From Lama glama (Eukaryota), in assembly GCA_028534125.1 (NCBI GenBank), contig CM052818.1, positions 14,696,001 through 14,760,000 on the forward strand: 64,000 nt of DNA. The letters run 5' to 3'. The notes below the pieces were generated by a model. That model was not told where the DNA came from. It did no database searches and was given only the letters and a program-made list of their open reading frames with translations. Position numbers and translations under genes: made by a program. This document shows, in pieces, positions 26,032-38,599 of this stretch; the first letter of the stretch is position 1; every line of letters starts with the position of its first letter.

Positions 26032-26730
26032 CTAAATTCCTTGAGTTCACATCAGGTCCTGGATATCAGATTTCATTATCATTGTAATGCTACACTTCAA
26101 TAATGGATCTAGAGTTGAGAAACTACCAACTTTCTTAAATAGACAGAAATCTGGATTTGGGGCCCAAAGTCTTTTTTTCACCATCAGGAACTATTGCGTA
26201 CTCTACAGCAGTATATTTCAAACTAAGATCCACAGATGTACTATTAAAGGTCTTCTAATTCTTGATGTTTTGAAAATATTCTTTGTTTTAATTTTATGAT
26301 CATCTTTTAAAAAGAAATTTAAAGATAGTCTGCATCTTTTGGATGACCTCATGCAACTGCATACTGCTGTAAGGTTTTTATGCAGTGGTTTGTATGTGCA
26401 AGTGAGTTTATGTCGAATAACGTCAGGGAAAATTGTATGACTGGAAGGCTCTATGTAAGCAAAGAGGTGGGAAAGCCCAGTGTCATCTTTAACTGCCAAC
26501 TCATATCAACTTATTGGGAATGAGTATGGAAGAGAGAAGAGAGTTTTTCTATTCCTGGTTCTAGCAATAGTTGCATCAGATACATATTTAAGGAAGATAT
26601 CAATTAGACTAACTTTATCTTCAAGTAATAAAGCTTTACAGAGTTGCCAAGTGATACATCTTTAATGTGCTGTTTCAAGACTACTCATTGGCAGAGTTTT
26701 ACTCAAGATGCAGTTTGATTTGCCTAAGTT
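26032..26730 (-). pseudogene. Large relic exon, 699 nt, with frameshifts
   Basis: Acceptor cttttatatctctgatttag, donor TAG|GTATGT. One frame runs about 170 codons with only 2 stops (...ALLLEDKVSLIDIFLKYVSDATIARTRNRKTLFSLPYSFPIS*YELAVKDDTGLSHLFAYIEPSS...). It then shifts to KTFNSTSVDLSLKYTAVEYAIVPDGEKKTLGPKSRFLSI. Confidence 0.65.
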
Positions 26731-27281
26731 CTAAATCAGAGATATAAAAGTATTAATATTGTTTGAGTAACAAAACTTATGTAAACAGGCATTTGCTAAG
26801 TACTGTCAAAACCCAAATACAGAACTAGATAAATCACAGAACTAGACTTGTGGTTACATCTTTCTGCTATAATTCTCCAAATCAACGCTATTTCAGCAAA
26901 GCAGCGTCACCCATCCCATTAAATCCACGTTGATTTGAACTGAATTATAATGTTCAATTGTAATGGTTTTGTTGTCCTATTTAATTTGTACACTTGTTTT
27001 GGTTTGATTTAGTATAAGAGTCATAAGCGTAAAATTTATCTAGTTTTATGTTTGTGCATACTAAGTAACATACTAATATAAGTAAAATGGATAATTAAAG
27101 TAATATTATAACAATTTCAGTTGACACTGGAAGTCCACAGGGATTTTATTTTTCTTCAAAAGGGTAGGATACATCCCTCAACTTGAGGAACTCTGCTTTA
27201 TGACATACATTAATTTTATTTAGGATTTAAAAAGAAAAAGAGCATGGTACCATGGTTCTCTATTGGAAGCTGAAATTTTAC

Positions 27282-27470
27282 TTTTTGTTTTCAAAATAAG
27301 TTTCTCTGCATCTTTGCTTCTGTTTTGTCCCCCAACTTCAAAGCTCAAAGTGGCGGAATTTACGCCAACAGGAAAAGGAATCCCTTTTCTAACAGTCACT
27401 CTACTGAATATAATTGCTTTCATTTTTGTCTAAATAGTCAGTTTCTTAAGAGACAGGACGGTGTCAGAGC
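27282..27470 (-). pseudogene. Relic exon, 189 nt, phase 1>1 (alternative donor at 27251)
   Basis: Acceptor aagttgtgacag, donor AAA|GTAAAA. Reads (G)SDTVLSLKKLTI*TKMKAIIFSRVTVRKGIPFPVGVNSATLSFEVGGQNRSKDAEKLILKTK with one TAG. Confidence 0.55.
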
Positions 27471-27696
27471 CTGTCACAACTTAATAAATACCTGCCAAAT
27501 GATGGGACGAATCGTCCCAGCTCATTTTCTCAACTCTTCTTACTCCAGTCTGGTTCAAATAAAGTGCATCCGAACAATATCTTAACCTAGTTATTTTAAC
27601 TGTATAAGAAATACTCTATAAAGACATACAGAGTTCTTGTTGACGGATCAAATAGTCACAGTCTACTAGCAAGTATCAAAATCCTTGGAGACTAAC

Positions 27697-27714
27697 CCTC
27701 TCGTAAGAAGCTCC
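27697..27714 (-). pseudogene. Candidate 18-nt microexon
   Basis: gtttcttgttattcag|ggagcttcttacgagagg|gttagt; open in all three frames. Confidence 0.3.
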
Positions 27715-28356
27715 CTGAATAACAAGAAACTATTCTAAGGTGACACAAACAGTGTATTAAAATTTTCCGGAGAAAATAAAAATGTGAGTAACTTTCATCT
27801 CCTTTCCATAAAAATCATTAACTATGAAATAATGAACACCCAAAACAAGCCAGAAAGCCAACATGGAATTAAATAAGCAGTATATTAAAAAGCAATATTA
27901 AAAATGTACTATTTAAATATAGTTTTCAAATCTGCTAGTGCACAAAAATGCCAAGATTCCCTATTCTACCCTGCAAAATATCTTATTTTTAGAAAACAGA
28001 TTTGTAAAAAATTTCTGGGTGGTATTAACCTGGAAGCCAGCAAACATTCCTAGCTTCATTCTTAAGAACTGATGAAATACATCTGCAAAAATCAACAGCT
28101 TGAAAGAGCTGAGTTTGCCAAAAAATTAATAAAACCAAAAACTTGTTTTGATCACTTCCTCAATATTTTTCTTTAATAATGGAGAAATCAAAGTAAAAGC
28201 TAATAAACTTTACATTAAGGATTGCCTGAGTGAACATATGTGCACCCCCAACTCACAATCACACAATAGGGTATAAAGACACAATCTGACAAATGACTAG
28301 TCCTATAAAACTTGATTTATGACACAGAATATTGCTCAATACTATATGAAACTAAC

Positions 28357-28567
28357 ATTTTTTCTTCTTTCTTTTCTCTGTAACTGGGACGTATCTCCAG
28401 CTCAGGGGGGAAAACAAAATCTTCCTTTCCTTCCAAAGTCTAAACATAAATTCTTATCAGCAGGCAATCTAATGAGTTAAGTCAATCTTAGCCACTCTTT
28501 CAATTTGTGCTTTTGCAGCAAAGAGGCTTTGGCACTAAGAAAATCATTCCTGTTGTATCCTGCTATT
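28357..28567 (-). pseudogene. Relic exon, 211 nt
   Basis: Acceptor gtttttgtccag, donor AAT|GTTAGT. Reads IAGYNRNDFLSAKASLLQKHKLKEWLRLT*LIRLPADKNLCLDFGRKGRFCFPP*AGDTSQLQRKERRKN. Possible slippage in a C6 run. Confidence 0.5.
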
Positions 28568-29055
28568 CTGGACAAAAACTAATTTCCTGCCCAACCCTGG
28601 GGGTCACAAGAAGCCAAGCCAATGGAAAGTCATATAGAGATTAAGCTCAAACAATTAAAAAGATACACACACACACACACACACACAGCTTCCATTCACC
28701 ATTCTAGGATTTAAAAAATAAACTGCAGTAACCTTACAAAAACAACATAGATGGAGACTGCCACATAAGTTGAAATCCAAGTAAGGAGAGAATATTATTA
28801 ACATCAGGATCAGAACTGAGAGAGAAGAGAGGAAAGAGACAGAGGGAGAGAGGGAGAACCACTTCAGGACTGTAGAGGGAAAAAATAAAAAGATATTTTA
28901 TGTGAACTGAACTATGGAAGACAAATAAAAACTTAGAGACCAAAAAAGAAAAAAAAATTAGAGGGCAAATGTAACTAGAAGACCTCCAACTGAATCATGC
29001 GAGGACAAAGGAAAAGCAAGTTTGACATCTCCCTGAGCTGGAAGCATACACAAAC

Positions 29056-29222
29056 CACATGAGGAACATAACCCAGAGGATACATTTCATAGAAATGTGT
29101 GAGGTCCTGGAACATTCTGTGTTGTAACAATTTTAGGATTTCAGAAATTCCACAGGATAGCAAGTTCATTAATTCCCACATTTTGGCTACTTTTCTAATT
29201 ATGTGTTCAAAAATGCCCAATA
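29056..29222 (-). pseudogene. Relic exon, about 167 nt, stop-free
   Basis: Acceptor ttctgtgtatgcattcag. Reads LGIFEHIIRKVAKMWELMNLLSCGISEILKLLQHRMFQDLTHFYEMYPLGYVPHV. Donor GTG|GTTTGT is uncertain. Confidence 0.6.
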
Positions 29223-29525
29223 CTGAATGCATACACAGAAATTAAAAGCTAAGTTTCAAAGGACAAACTGGAACAACACTACTATAGGAGATTACCTGGG
29301 AAGAAAATATTATGGAAAAAATCCAAACTAGTAAGAAGGATGGTTTATGGTTTGTATGTTTCATGTCCCACCCACTCAACTTTGGAGTACTAATGTATAA
29401 ATTTGCATCTTTATTACTGCAGAATTATACTAAATATTGAATCCAAGCTACCAAAAAAACCTAGCTACCATTATCTTTAATTATGATTCATGCCTGAAGT
29501 GACAAAAATGTATGCAAGATTCCCA

Positions 29526-29840
29526 CTGATGATTAATTTTATGTGTCAACATGGCTAGACTATGGTACTCAGTTGTTTGATCAAAAACTAATTTAGATGT
29601 TGCTGTAAAGTTATTATTCAGTTGTGATTAACATCTACAATGAGATGACTTTAAGTAAAGCAGATTATCCTCCATAATATGGGTAGGACTCATCCAATTA
29701 GTTGAAGATGTTAAGAGCAAAGACTAAAGTTTCCAAGAGAAGGAATTCTGTTTCCAGCCTGCAACTTACATGTTTTACCTGAATTTCCAGCCAGCCAGTC
29801 TGCCCAACAGATTTCAGATTTGCCAGCTCCCACTATAAAA

Positions 29841-29875
<35 letters not shown>

Positions 29876-29968
29876 GTGTGTGTGTGTATGTATATATATA
29901 CACATACATATATACAGCACACACATACACAATTGATTCTGCTTCTCTGGAGAACCCTGATTAATACA
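29526..29968 (+). mobile_element. MLT2 (ERVL) solo LTR with an internal CT/TA/TG microsatellite
   Basis: tgatgattaattttatgtgtcaac...tctggagaaccctgattaataca. Confidence 0.9.
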
Positions 29969-30167
29969 ATGCCCAAAACTGTAACAAAAAGTAAATTTAT
30001 TGCATTTTTCCTAACATTATGCAAATTTTACAACGTGAGGAAAACAACAGCTATCATCAAATATCCAGGGGTTTTAAATCACTTAAATAACCTGTGTTAA
30101 CATGGAGAGAGCCTACGAATGTTCCCTCTGTGGTTTATAGCTTTTATTACACACATTAAGAGTTTAC

Positions 30168-30310
30168 AACAGATTGCGCCCCCTACAGGGGAACATTTAG
30201 TTTGCATTTCGAAGTTATATTTTAGAGTAAGTAAGTGAATGTCACTCTGCAATTATGGAAAAGATCACAAAGAAGATTCAATTGAACTAAAGTGAAATGG
30301 GTTGGTATAC
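30168..30310 (-). pseudogene. Relic exon, about 143 nt, donor uncertain
   Basis: Strong acceptor tctttgtttctctgaaacag. Phase 2>1 gives YTNPFHFSSIESSL*SFP*LQSDIHLLTLKYNFEMQTKCSPVGGAIC with donor GTT|GTAAAC. Confidence 0.4.
30176..30189 (-). promoter_or_regulatory. Candidate CTCF site
   Basis: CCTGTAGGGGGCGC is one mismatch from the core CCASYAGRKGGCRS. Confidence 0.4.
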
Positions 30311-31380
30311 CTGTTTCAGAGAAACAAAGAGACACCAAAACCACGGAGAATTTATATAATGCTAATAGGCACCTGGTATAAATAAAGGATGTCATTTGTG
30401 AAAACTACAAGAGTCTCAGGTCTGTCAAAGCACAGAGGATAAGTTATCTTCTTCTCGAGTAGTTTTGAATCAAACACAATAGAGATAGAATTTGCTAATT
30501 ATTCCTTTAACAAAGTCACAGGCAACCTAATTAAATGAAAACCCAGTAACGTGTTTGGGATAGAAACATTTTAGAAACAAGACTCAAAAAAAAAAACCTT
30601 TCAATTGGATAGGAAAACAACTCAAAGTCATTCTCCAAGCATAGCCAGCAATGACAGTAAATAACAGACCTGAATTACAATTCATGACATAGGCCTCTAA
30701 TTCACAATATTATCCATTGTAAATATTTAAGAAAGATTATTTGCAAGCAAATACATTACAATGACATCTTGAGCCCAAGGTCCCAAACTTCAAAGCCAAA
30801 TGCCTTCCAAGATAGGGGAGCTAATAAAAATGTAGACAGTGTCAGGTGTAAGTGAGGTGTGGGGAGGCAGGGCATGCCTGTCCCATCAAAAGGTAAGCTT
30901 ATATTCAAACAACACAATAACAACTTTATTGTATCCCAACTGAATGCATCAGCCCGAGGTGGAATTCAGCTTGATGAATTCCCACTTCATGATACTTGAA
31001 CTAGACAACAGAAGCAAATTAGAACAGTAAATACATGGATTATTAAAAGAGAACAGAACCATAAATATCGAGAAAAATATACTGTAAAAGGAGATAAGGA
31101 CATAACTCATGATTATTGATCTGTATTTAACCCTAAAGCAAAGCCTGAATCACATGGCAGGTACAAAAGGAGCTGGAAGTGAGTATCCCTGACCCAATGA
31201 CGTGAGATACTTTGGTCAATCTGTACAGATTAAAGGCTCTAAGAAGACAGTTAAACTTTAGGGAGTGAAGGAGAATTTCACAAAAGGGATTGAGGAAAGG
31301 AATGAAATTGTTTGGAAGAAATGCCTACAAAGGAGCTCCCTGATGGGGTTAACCTAAGTTACTACAAAAAGGATGTTGAG

Positions 31381-31680
31381 TAAATACAAAACAGAAACAG
31401 ACTCACAGACATAGATTACAAACTTGTGGTTGCCAGCAGGCAGAGAGGTGGGATGGGACAGACTGGGAGTTTGAAATTTGTAGATACTGATAGGCATATG
31501 TAGAATAGATAAACATTATACTGTGTAGCACAGGGGAATATATACAAGATCTTGTGGTAGCTCACAGTGAAAAAGAATGCGACAATGAATATATGTCTGT
31601 TCATGTATAACTGAAAAATTGAGCTCTACACTGGAAATTGACACAACATTGTAAACTGACTATAACTCAATTAAAAAAAA
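31381..31680 (+). mobile_element. Young L1 3' end
   Basis: Poly-A tail and a perfect 15-bp TSD aaaaaggatgttgag (31366-31380, 31681-31695). Confidence 0.92.
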
Positions 31681-32329
31681 AAAAAGGATGTTGAGGAGCT
31701 GGGTCTCCATCTCCTGAGCCCTGTGTGGAGATAAAAGCATCTCACGGCAACAATGATGTGACTGCGCCCCGTCTGGGAAGAGAGATCAACTCAGGCACCT
31801 CGGAAAAGGGGTGGAGAGTGGGTGTGTGGTAGGAGCGGGTGGGGCGAGGAGACATAACTTGTATCCTAAGAGGATATGCAAAGGTTTTGTGAGAAACCAA
31901 GGACAATTAACAAAAAACAGCAGGCCTCCCTGTCAAGAACTGAGGTTTCTGACCCTTCCATGGCTTATCTGCTCCTCTCTGGGTGTTACCTCCTCGATGT
32001 TGACTAGTTTCCTCTGGTTCTTCATCTTGCCTTCAACTAAAATAGCCTCTCTAAACCCAGATGCTGTCTCACAATTTTTGAGCTCAGTTCCTGCAGGTCA
32101 CTGGCAACATTCACCATGGCCCAAACAGCCTTCACTTGCCACACCTATACAGGTGTTTGGGAGGACACATTCCTCGGACCTAAGAAAGCAAAGAACCTTC
32201 AAAGACATTTAAGAAACTACTTAGCAGTTCAAACTAGGGAAACCAGAATGGGCAGAACAGGCAGCTTCTACCAAGCCAAGTTAATGGGAGAAACAGTAGC
32301 AATGTAATAAGAATGTTTAAGGGGATGCA

Positions 32330-35300
32330 CATAGAGAATAACTACAAACATTTTGGAGAGGGGCGACTAAAAGGAACATGAAATCTGGGGGTTAACATTG
32401 CAATACAAAAAGTACTGAAAACCAAACTAGTAAAGTGGAAAATGAAGTGAAGGAACTACTACCTCATAAAGCAAAAATTACAAAGAAATGTCAATTATTG
32501 GTAAAAATGTAAGAGACATGGAGGACAGGTCCAGAAAACCTAATGTGCAAATACTAAGATATTCAGAAAAAGTGAAGAAAACAGAAACAATGATCAAATA
32601 GGAAAACTTTTGAGCTGAAGGATGAACTGAATTTTCAGATCAAAGGAGTTCACCAAATGCCAGGCAATTATAATAGGGGAAAAAAAGACAACTGACACAT
32701 TATGGTGAAGTTTTTGAACTCTAAGAGTAAAAATCAAGTCTTATAGAGAGGAAGAAAAGGGTACTGACAAGGGTAAAATAAACAGACTGCCACTGGAGCT
32801 TTCATATGCCATACTGGAACCTGAAAGGTGTATACAGACTAAGAAAAAAAGGACTGCATTCCAAGAACCCTATGTCCAGGTAAGATATAATCCATAACTG
32901 AAATGAGAAAAATTTCAGACTTATAAAGGATTCATAAAACTAATCACTCATTTACCCTTTTTAGAAGGAAAAAAATATTAGAAGAGTACTCTAAGTTCAA
33001 CACATAAATCAATGTGGGTTGGGAAGGAATAAATTTGGGAGTTTGAGATTTGCAAATGTTAACCACTATATATAAAAATAGATAAACAAATTTCTTCTGT
33101 ATAGCGCAGAGCACTATATTCAATATCTTGTGACAACCTTTAATGAAAAAGAATATGAAAATGAATATATGTATATATATATATGCATGACTGGGACATT
33201 ATGCTGCACACCAGAAATTGACACATTGTAACTGACTGTAATTCATTTTAAAAATCAATGTGATATAAATTAATAGCAAGAAGGCAAAACAAACCATGTG
33301 ACCAGTTCAACAGATGCAGAAAAAAATTTGCCAAAACGTAACATCATTTTGTGACTAAAAACCACTCAACAAACTAGGACTAGAAAGTAGCTTTCTCAGT
33401 CTCACAAGACATTTACAAGAAATCCATAGCTAACATCACACTTAATGGTAAAAGGCTCCCCCCTAAGATTAGGAACAAGATGTCTGCTCTCACTGCTTCT
33501 ATTCAATGCTGTACTGGCAGTTCTAGCCAGGGCAATTAGGCAAGAAATAGAAATAAAAGGCACTCAGATTGGAAAGTAAGAAGTAAAACTGTATTTGCAG
33601 ATGACATGATTTTATGTATAGACAATCCTAAGAAATCCACTAAAAAACTATCAGAACCAATAAATGGGTTCAGTAAGGTTGCAGGCTGCAAGATCAAATC
33701 CAAAAATCAACTCTATTTCTAAACACTTGGCAATGAAAAATCTGAAAATAAGATGAACAATTCTATTAACAGTAGAATCATTAGGAATGAAATACTTAGA
33801 AATAAATTTAACAAAAGGAGTGCAAGACTGCACTAAAACAATGTTGAAAAAATTAAAGACCTAAATAAATGAAAAGAAATTCCACCTTCATGAACTGGAA
33901 GACAATATTGTTAAGATGTTAATACTCCCAAAACTGATCTACAGTTTCATTGAAATCCTTATTAAAATTCCAAATTCCTTTTTTGCAGAAATGGACAAGC
34001 TGGTCTTAAAATTCATATAGAATTGCAAGGGACTACAAATGGCCAAAAACAAAAAAACCTTGAAAAGGAAGGCTAAAGTTGGAGGATTCACAGTTTCTAA
34101 TTTTAAAACTTACTGTAACTCTACAGTAATCAAGACTGTGTGGTACTGGCATACAAGTAAATATATGGATCAGTAGAATAGATCTGAGAATTCAGAAATA
34201 TGCCTATATATGTATGGTCAACTGATTTTCTACAAAGGTACCAAAATTATTTAGTGGGGAAAGAATAGTCCCTTTAACAAATGGTGCTGGGACAACTGGA
34301 TATGTAACTGCAATAGAATGAGGTTGGATCCCTAACTTTACATCATATATAAAAATTAACTCAAAATGAATCAAAGACCCAAACATAAGAGCTTAACATG
34401 TAACCTCTAGAAAAAAAAATTGTACATTTTCATGACTTTGATATAAGCAAGATTTCTTATATATGACAAGAGCATAAGCAACAAAGGAAACATGAATGTC
34501 ATCAAATTAAAATATTGTTGTGCTTCAAAGACACCATCAAGAAAATGAAGGAACCCTTAGAAAGGGAGAAAATATCTGCAAACTCTGTATCTGATATGGG
34601 TCTAATATCCAGAATCTAAAAAAGGACTCTTACAACTCAATAATTAAAAAGACAAATAACCCAACATTTAAAAAATAGTCACAGGATTTCGACAGAAATT
34701 TTTTGTGAGAGTATATATGAATGGCTAAAAAACACCTGGAAAATGTTCAACATTATTAGCCATCAGGGAAATGCAAATCAAAGCCACAATGAGATGCCAT
34801 TACATATCCACTAGGATGGTATGATAAAAAAGACAGTAACAAGCATTGGGAGAATGTGGAGAAAGAACTCTCATACACTGCTCTGTAAAATGGTGCAGTC
34901 ACTTTGGGAAACAATCTGGCTACTCCTCAGAAAGTTCAACACACAGTAACCAAATGACCCAGAAATTCCACTCCTACAAATATACCCTATGCCCAAGAGA
35001 ACTAAAAATATGTCCACACAAAACTGTGTACATAAATGTTCATAACAATTGTAACTGACTATATACTTCAATTTTAAAAGTTCATAACATTATTCATAAT
35101 AGCCAAAAAGTGGAAATAATCCAAATTCCATGAAGTGATAATGGATATACAAAATGTGGAATCGTCATACAATGGAATACTATTCAGTCATAAAAGGAAT
35201 GAAGTACTGATACATGCCACAACGTGGATGAACCTTGAACATTATGCTAAGTGAAAGAAGCCAGTCACAAAGGATATTTATGATATCATCTATGTGAAAT

Positions 35301-35490
35301 GTTTAGAATAGGCAAATCCGTAGAGACAGGAAGTAGGCTAGCAATTGCCAGGAGTTGAGGGTACAAGGGGTGGGAGAGTGACTGCTAATGGGTATGAGGT
35401 TTCTTACTGCAGTGACTAAAACATTCTGGAATGAGACAGTCATAATGGTTGCACAATCTTATAAATATGCTAAAAGCATTGAATTGTTCT
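32330..35490 (+). mobile_element. Old L1 (ORF1 remnant, ORF2 and 3' UTR) with nested young L1 tails at 33017-33251 and 35048-35079
   Basis: RT-region tttgcagatgacatgat (FADDM); TSDs aaatcaatgtg and gttcataaca around the nested inserts. Confidence 0.9.
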
Positions 35491-35494
35491 TTGA

Positions 35495-35876
35495 AAATGG
35501 AAGAAGAGGAAGTCAGAGATTTGAAGGATTCAAGGCATGGTAGCTGGCTTAAAGACCAAGAAGGCCATGTGGCTCTTAGGAGTTGAGAGTGATCCCCAGC
35601 AAACAGCCAGCAAGTAAGCGGGAACCCTAGTCCTACAACCACAGGAAACTTAATTCTGCCAACAACTCGTAAGTGCTTGGAGGTGGATTTTCCCTTAGTA
35701 ACCCCAGATGAGAGCTCAGCTCAGTCAACACCATATTTTCAGCCTTGTGATACCCTGAGCAGAGAACTCAGCAATGCCATGTCAGACATCTGACCATAAA
35801 ACTGAATTTTAAATGAGTGTTGTTTTAAGCCACTAAGTTTGTAGTAATTTGTTACCTAGGGACAGAAAACTAACAT
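35495..35876 (+). mobile_element. MLT1D-like MaLR LTR
   Basis: cctagtcctacaaccacaggaaacttaattctgccaacaac...ttttaagccactaagtttgtagtaatttgttac. Confidence 0.85.
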
Positions 35877-35879
35877 TCC

Positions 35880-36252
35880 CCAAGGGAAAAGTGGCTGGGT
35901 GTTTATCAATATTGCTCACCATTTTTATCAGTGAAGGGAAGGAGGGTTAATGCCCCCAGGGGTAACCAATGGGAGAGTCAGTGCAGAAATTTCCCAGCTT
36001 CTTCCCAACCCAGGGAGTGGAGAGAGGAAAATAGTTCTGAGATGCATTCTTCCCAGCTCCTCAGAAGTGTAGTGCCTATGGTCCTGTTTTAACAGATCCC
36101 AGCTCAATATCAACCCTTCACTGGCTTTTCTTCCTTCCCTGTTTCACTCTTCCTTCTCCATCACTCAGCTTCCTGGGATCATCTCCCAGATAACCCACTC
36201 ACACCCAAGACTGGGTCCTAAGCTCTGCTCCCAGAGGACTTCAAGCTAAAGT
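35880..36252 (+). mobile_element. LTR16-like ERVL LTR fragment
   Basis: tcctgggatcatctcccagataacccactcacacccaag...ctctgctcccagaggacttcaagctaa. Confidence 0.65.
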
Positions 36253-36531
36253 AACCTCTAAGCCTCATTTTCCTCATCTGTAACAAATGGGTAATAATAC
36301 TTTCTAATATCATTAGTACCATCTGCTAACACAGTGCTGTTACAAGGATTAAATCAGGTAACATAAGTAAAGTTCTCATCATGGTGCCTGGCATGTGGTA
36401 AAAAGTCAACAAATACTACTTTGTTCATGACACTGACAGTGAGGGGCACTTAAAGTTATACTTAACCTATAGGGATATATTTTTACAGGAAACCAAACAC
36501 AGTTCAAGTAAACATGGGGTTATCTTCCAGC

Positions 36532-36712
36532 ACAGTGGTTCTCAGGGGGTAACCTTGCCCCCAGGGGACATGTGACAATATGTGAAGACAATTTTGGTTG
36601 TCACAACTTTGATACAGGGAAGCTGCTAAACATCTTATAGCACAGGACAGCTCCCCACAATAGAGAATTATCCTGCCCAAATATCAATAGTGCAAAAGTG
36701 GAGAAAACTTGT
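36532..36712. mobile_element. MER20 hAT transposon
   Basis: cagtggttctca...gcccccaggggacat...ttttggttgtcacaac...gcccaaatatcaatagtgc. Confidence 0.85.
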
Positions 36713-37032
36713 CTAGCACAACATCCTGATTTTGATAGCAGTTTGATGTTTGATGTGATTCACTGAAACAAACAAAAAAAACCCCACCACCTTTTGAAAT
36801 AATTACATCAGAATAAGAAAATTAAGTCTTGACGAAATGTTTATGCTGATCATAGAAATATACAATATGAAACAGACCTCCATGACTCCCTTGGAAAAAA
36901 GGACAAATCTTAAAAAATGGGTTAAATATTAAGATGTGGCAGAAGTTTCTAAATGCCCATATAATACACATTCAGCCTTTTTCCTTAGTAAAAGAACCCC
37001 AGTCTAATTTGACATGACAGTATGCCCAGCTG

Positions 37033-38500
37033 GATGGTATTGGCACAAAAACAGATCTATGGATCAATGGAACAGATTAGAGAGCCCAGAAATAAACCCA
37101 CAGACCTACAGTCAATCCATCTTTGACAAAGGAAGCAAGAATATACAATGGAGAAAGACAGTCTCTTTAGCAAGTGGTGTTGGGAAAACCAGACAGCTGC
37201 ATGTAAATCAATGAAGTTAGAACACTCCCTCACTCCATACACAAAAATAAACTCAAAATGACTTAAAGACTTAAATATAAGACAAGACACTATAAACTTC
37301 TTAGAAGAAAACGTAGGCAAAACATTTTCTGACATGAATCTTAGCAATGTTCTCCTAGAGAAGTCTACCCAGGCAACAGAAATAAGTGCAAAAATAAACA
37401 AATGGGACCTAATTAAACTTATAAGCTTCTGCACAGCAAAAGAAACCACAAGCAAAACAAAATGACCACCTACAGAATGAGAGAAAATGTCTGCAAATGA
37501 TGCGACCGACAAAGGCTTAATGTCTAGAATATACAAACAGCTCATACAACCTAACAAAAAAAACAAACAACCCGATCCAAAAATGAGCAGAAGACTGAAA
37601 CAAGCAAATTCTCCAATGAAGACATACAAATGGCCAATAGGCATATGAAAAAAATGCTCAGTATCACTAATTACCAGAGAAATGCAAGTCAAAACTACAA
37701 TAAAGTTATCATCATCTCACACCAGTCAGAATGGCCATCATTCAAAAGTTCACAAATGAAATGCTGGAGAGGATGTGGAGAAAAAGGAACCCTCCTACAC
37801 TGCTGGTAGGAATGTAGTTTGGTGCAGTCATTATACAAAAAAGTCTTGAGATTCTTTAAACAACTAAAAATAGACCGACCCTATGATCCAGCAGTCCCAC
37901 TCCTGGGCATATATCTGGAGGGAACTCTAATTCAAAAAGATACATGCACCCCAATATTCACAGCAGCACTATATACAATAGCCAAGACATGGAAACAACC
38001 TAAATGTCCACTGACAGATGACTAGATAAAGAAGCTGTGGTGTATTTATACAATGGAATACTACTCAGCCATAAAATAGAATAAAAGAATGCCATTTGTA
38101 GCAACATGGATGGACCTGAAGAGCATCATCCTAAGTGAAGTAAGCCAGAAAGAGAAAGGAAAATACCATATACTATCACTTACATGTGGAATCTAAAAAA
38201 AAAAAAAAAAGACACAAATGAACTTGTCTACAAAACAGAAACAGACTCACAGACATAGCAAACAACTTAAGGTTACCAAGGGGAAAGAGAGTGGGAAGGG
38301 ATAAATTGGGAGTTCAAGATTTGCAAACTACTATATATAAAATAGATAAACAAGTTTCTTCTGTAGAGCACAGGGAACTTTTTTACTATCTTGTAGCAAA
38401 CTATAATGAAAAAGAATATGAAAATGAGTATATGTTTACGTATGACTGCAACATTATGCTGTATGCCAGAAATTGTAAACTGACTATATTTCAACAAAGA
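37033..38500 (+). mobile_element. Relatively young 5'-truncated L1 (ORF2 C-terminus and 3' UTR), disabled
   Basis: Translates as [22 protein letters not shown] and [12 protein letters not shown]...DTCTPIFTAALYTIAKTWKQPKCP, broken by frameshifts and stops. Confidence 0.95.
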
Positions 38501-38599
38501 AAGACTAATGTTTCCCCTTGGATTAAAAAATAATAATGATCTGAAATTTAAAGCAGAACAATGCCCCTTTGTCCTCCTCCCACGGTACAGACCTCAAAA

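Noticed and set aside
37057..37692. 211-aa minus-strand ORF
   Set aside because: It is the antisense reading of L1 ORF2.
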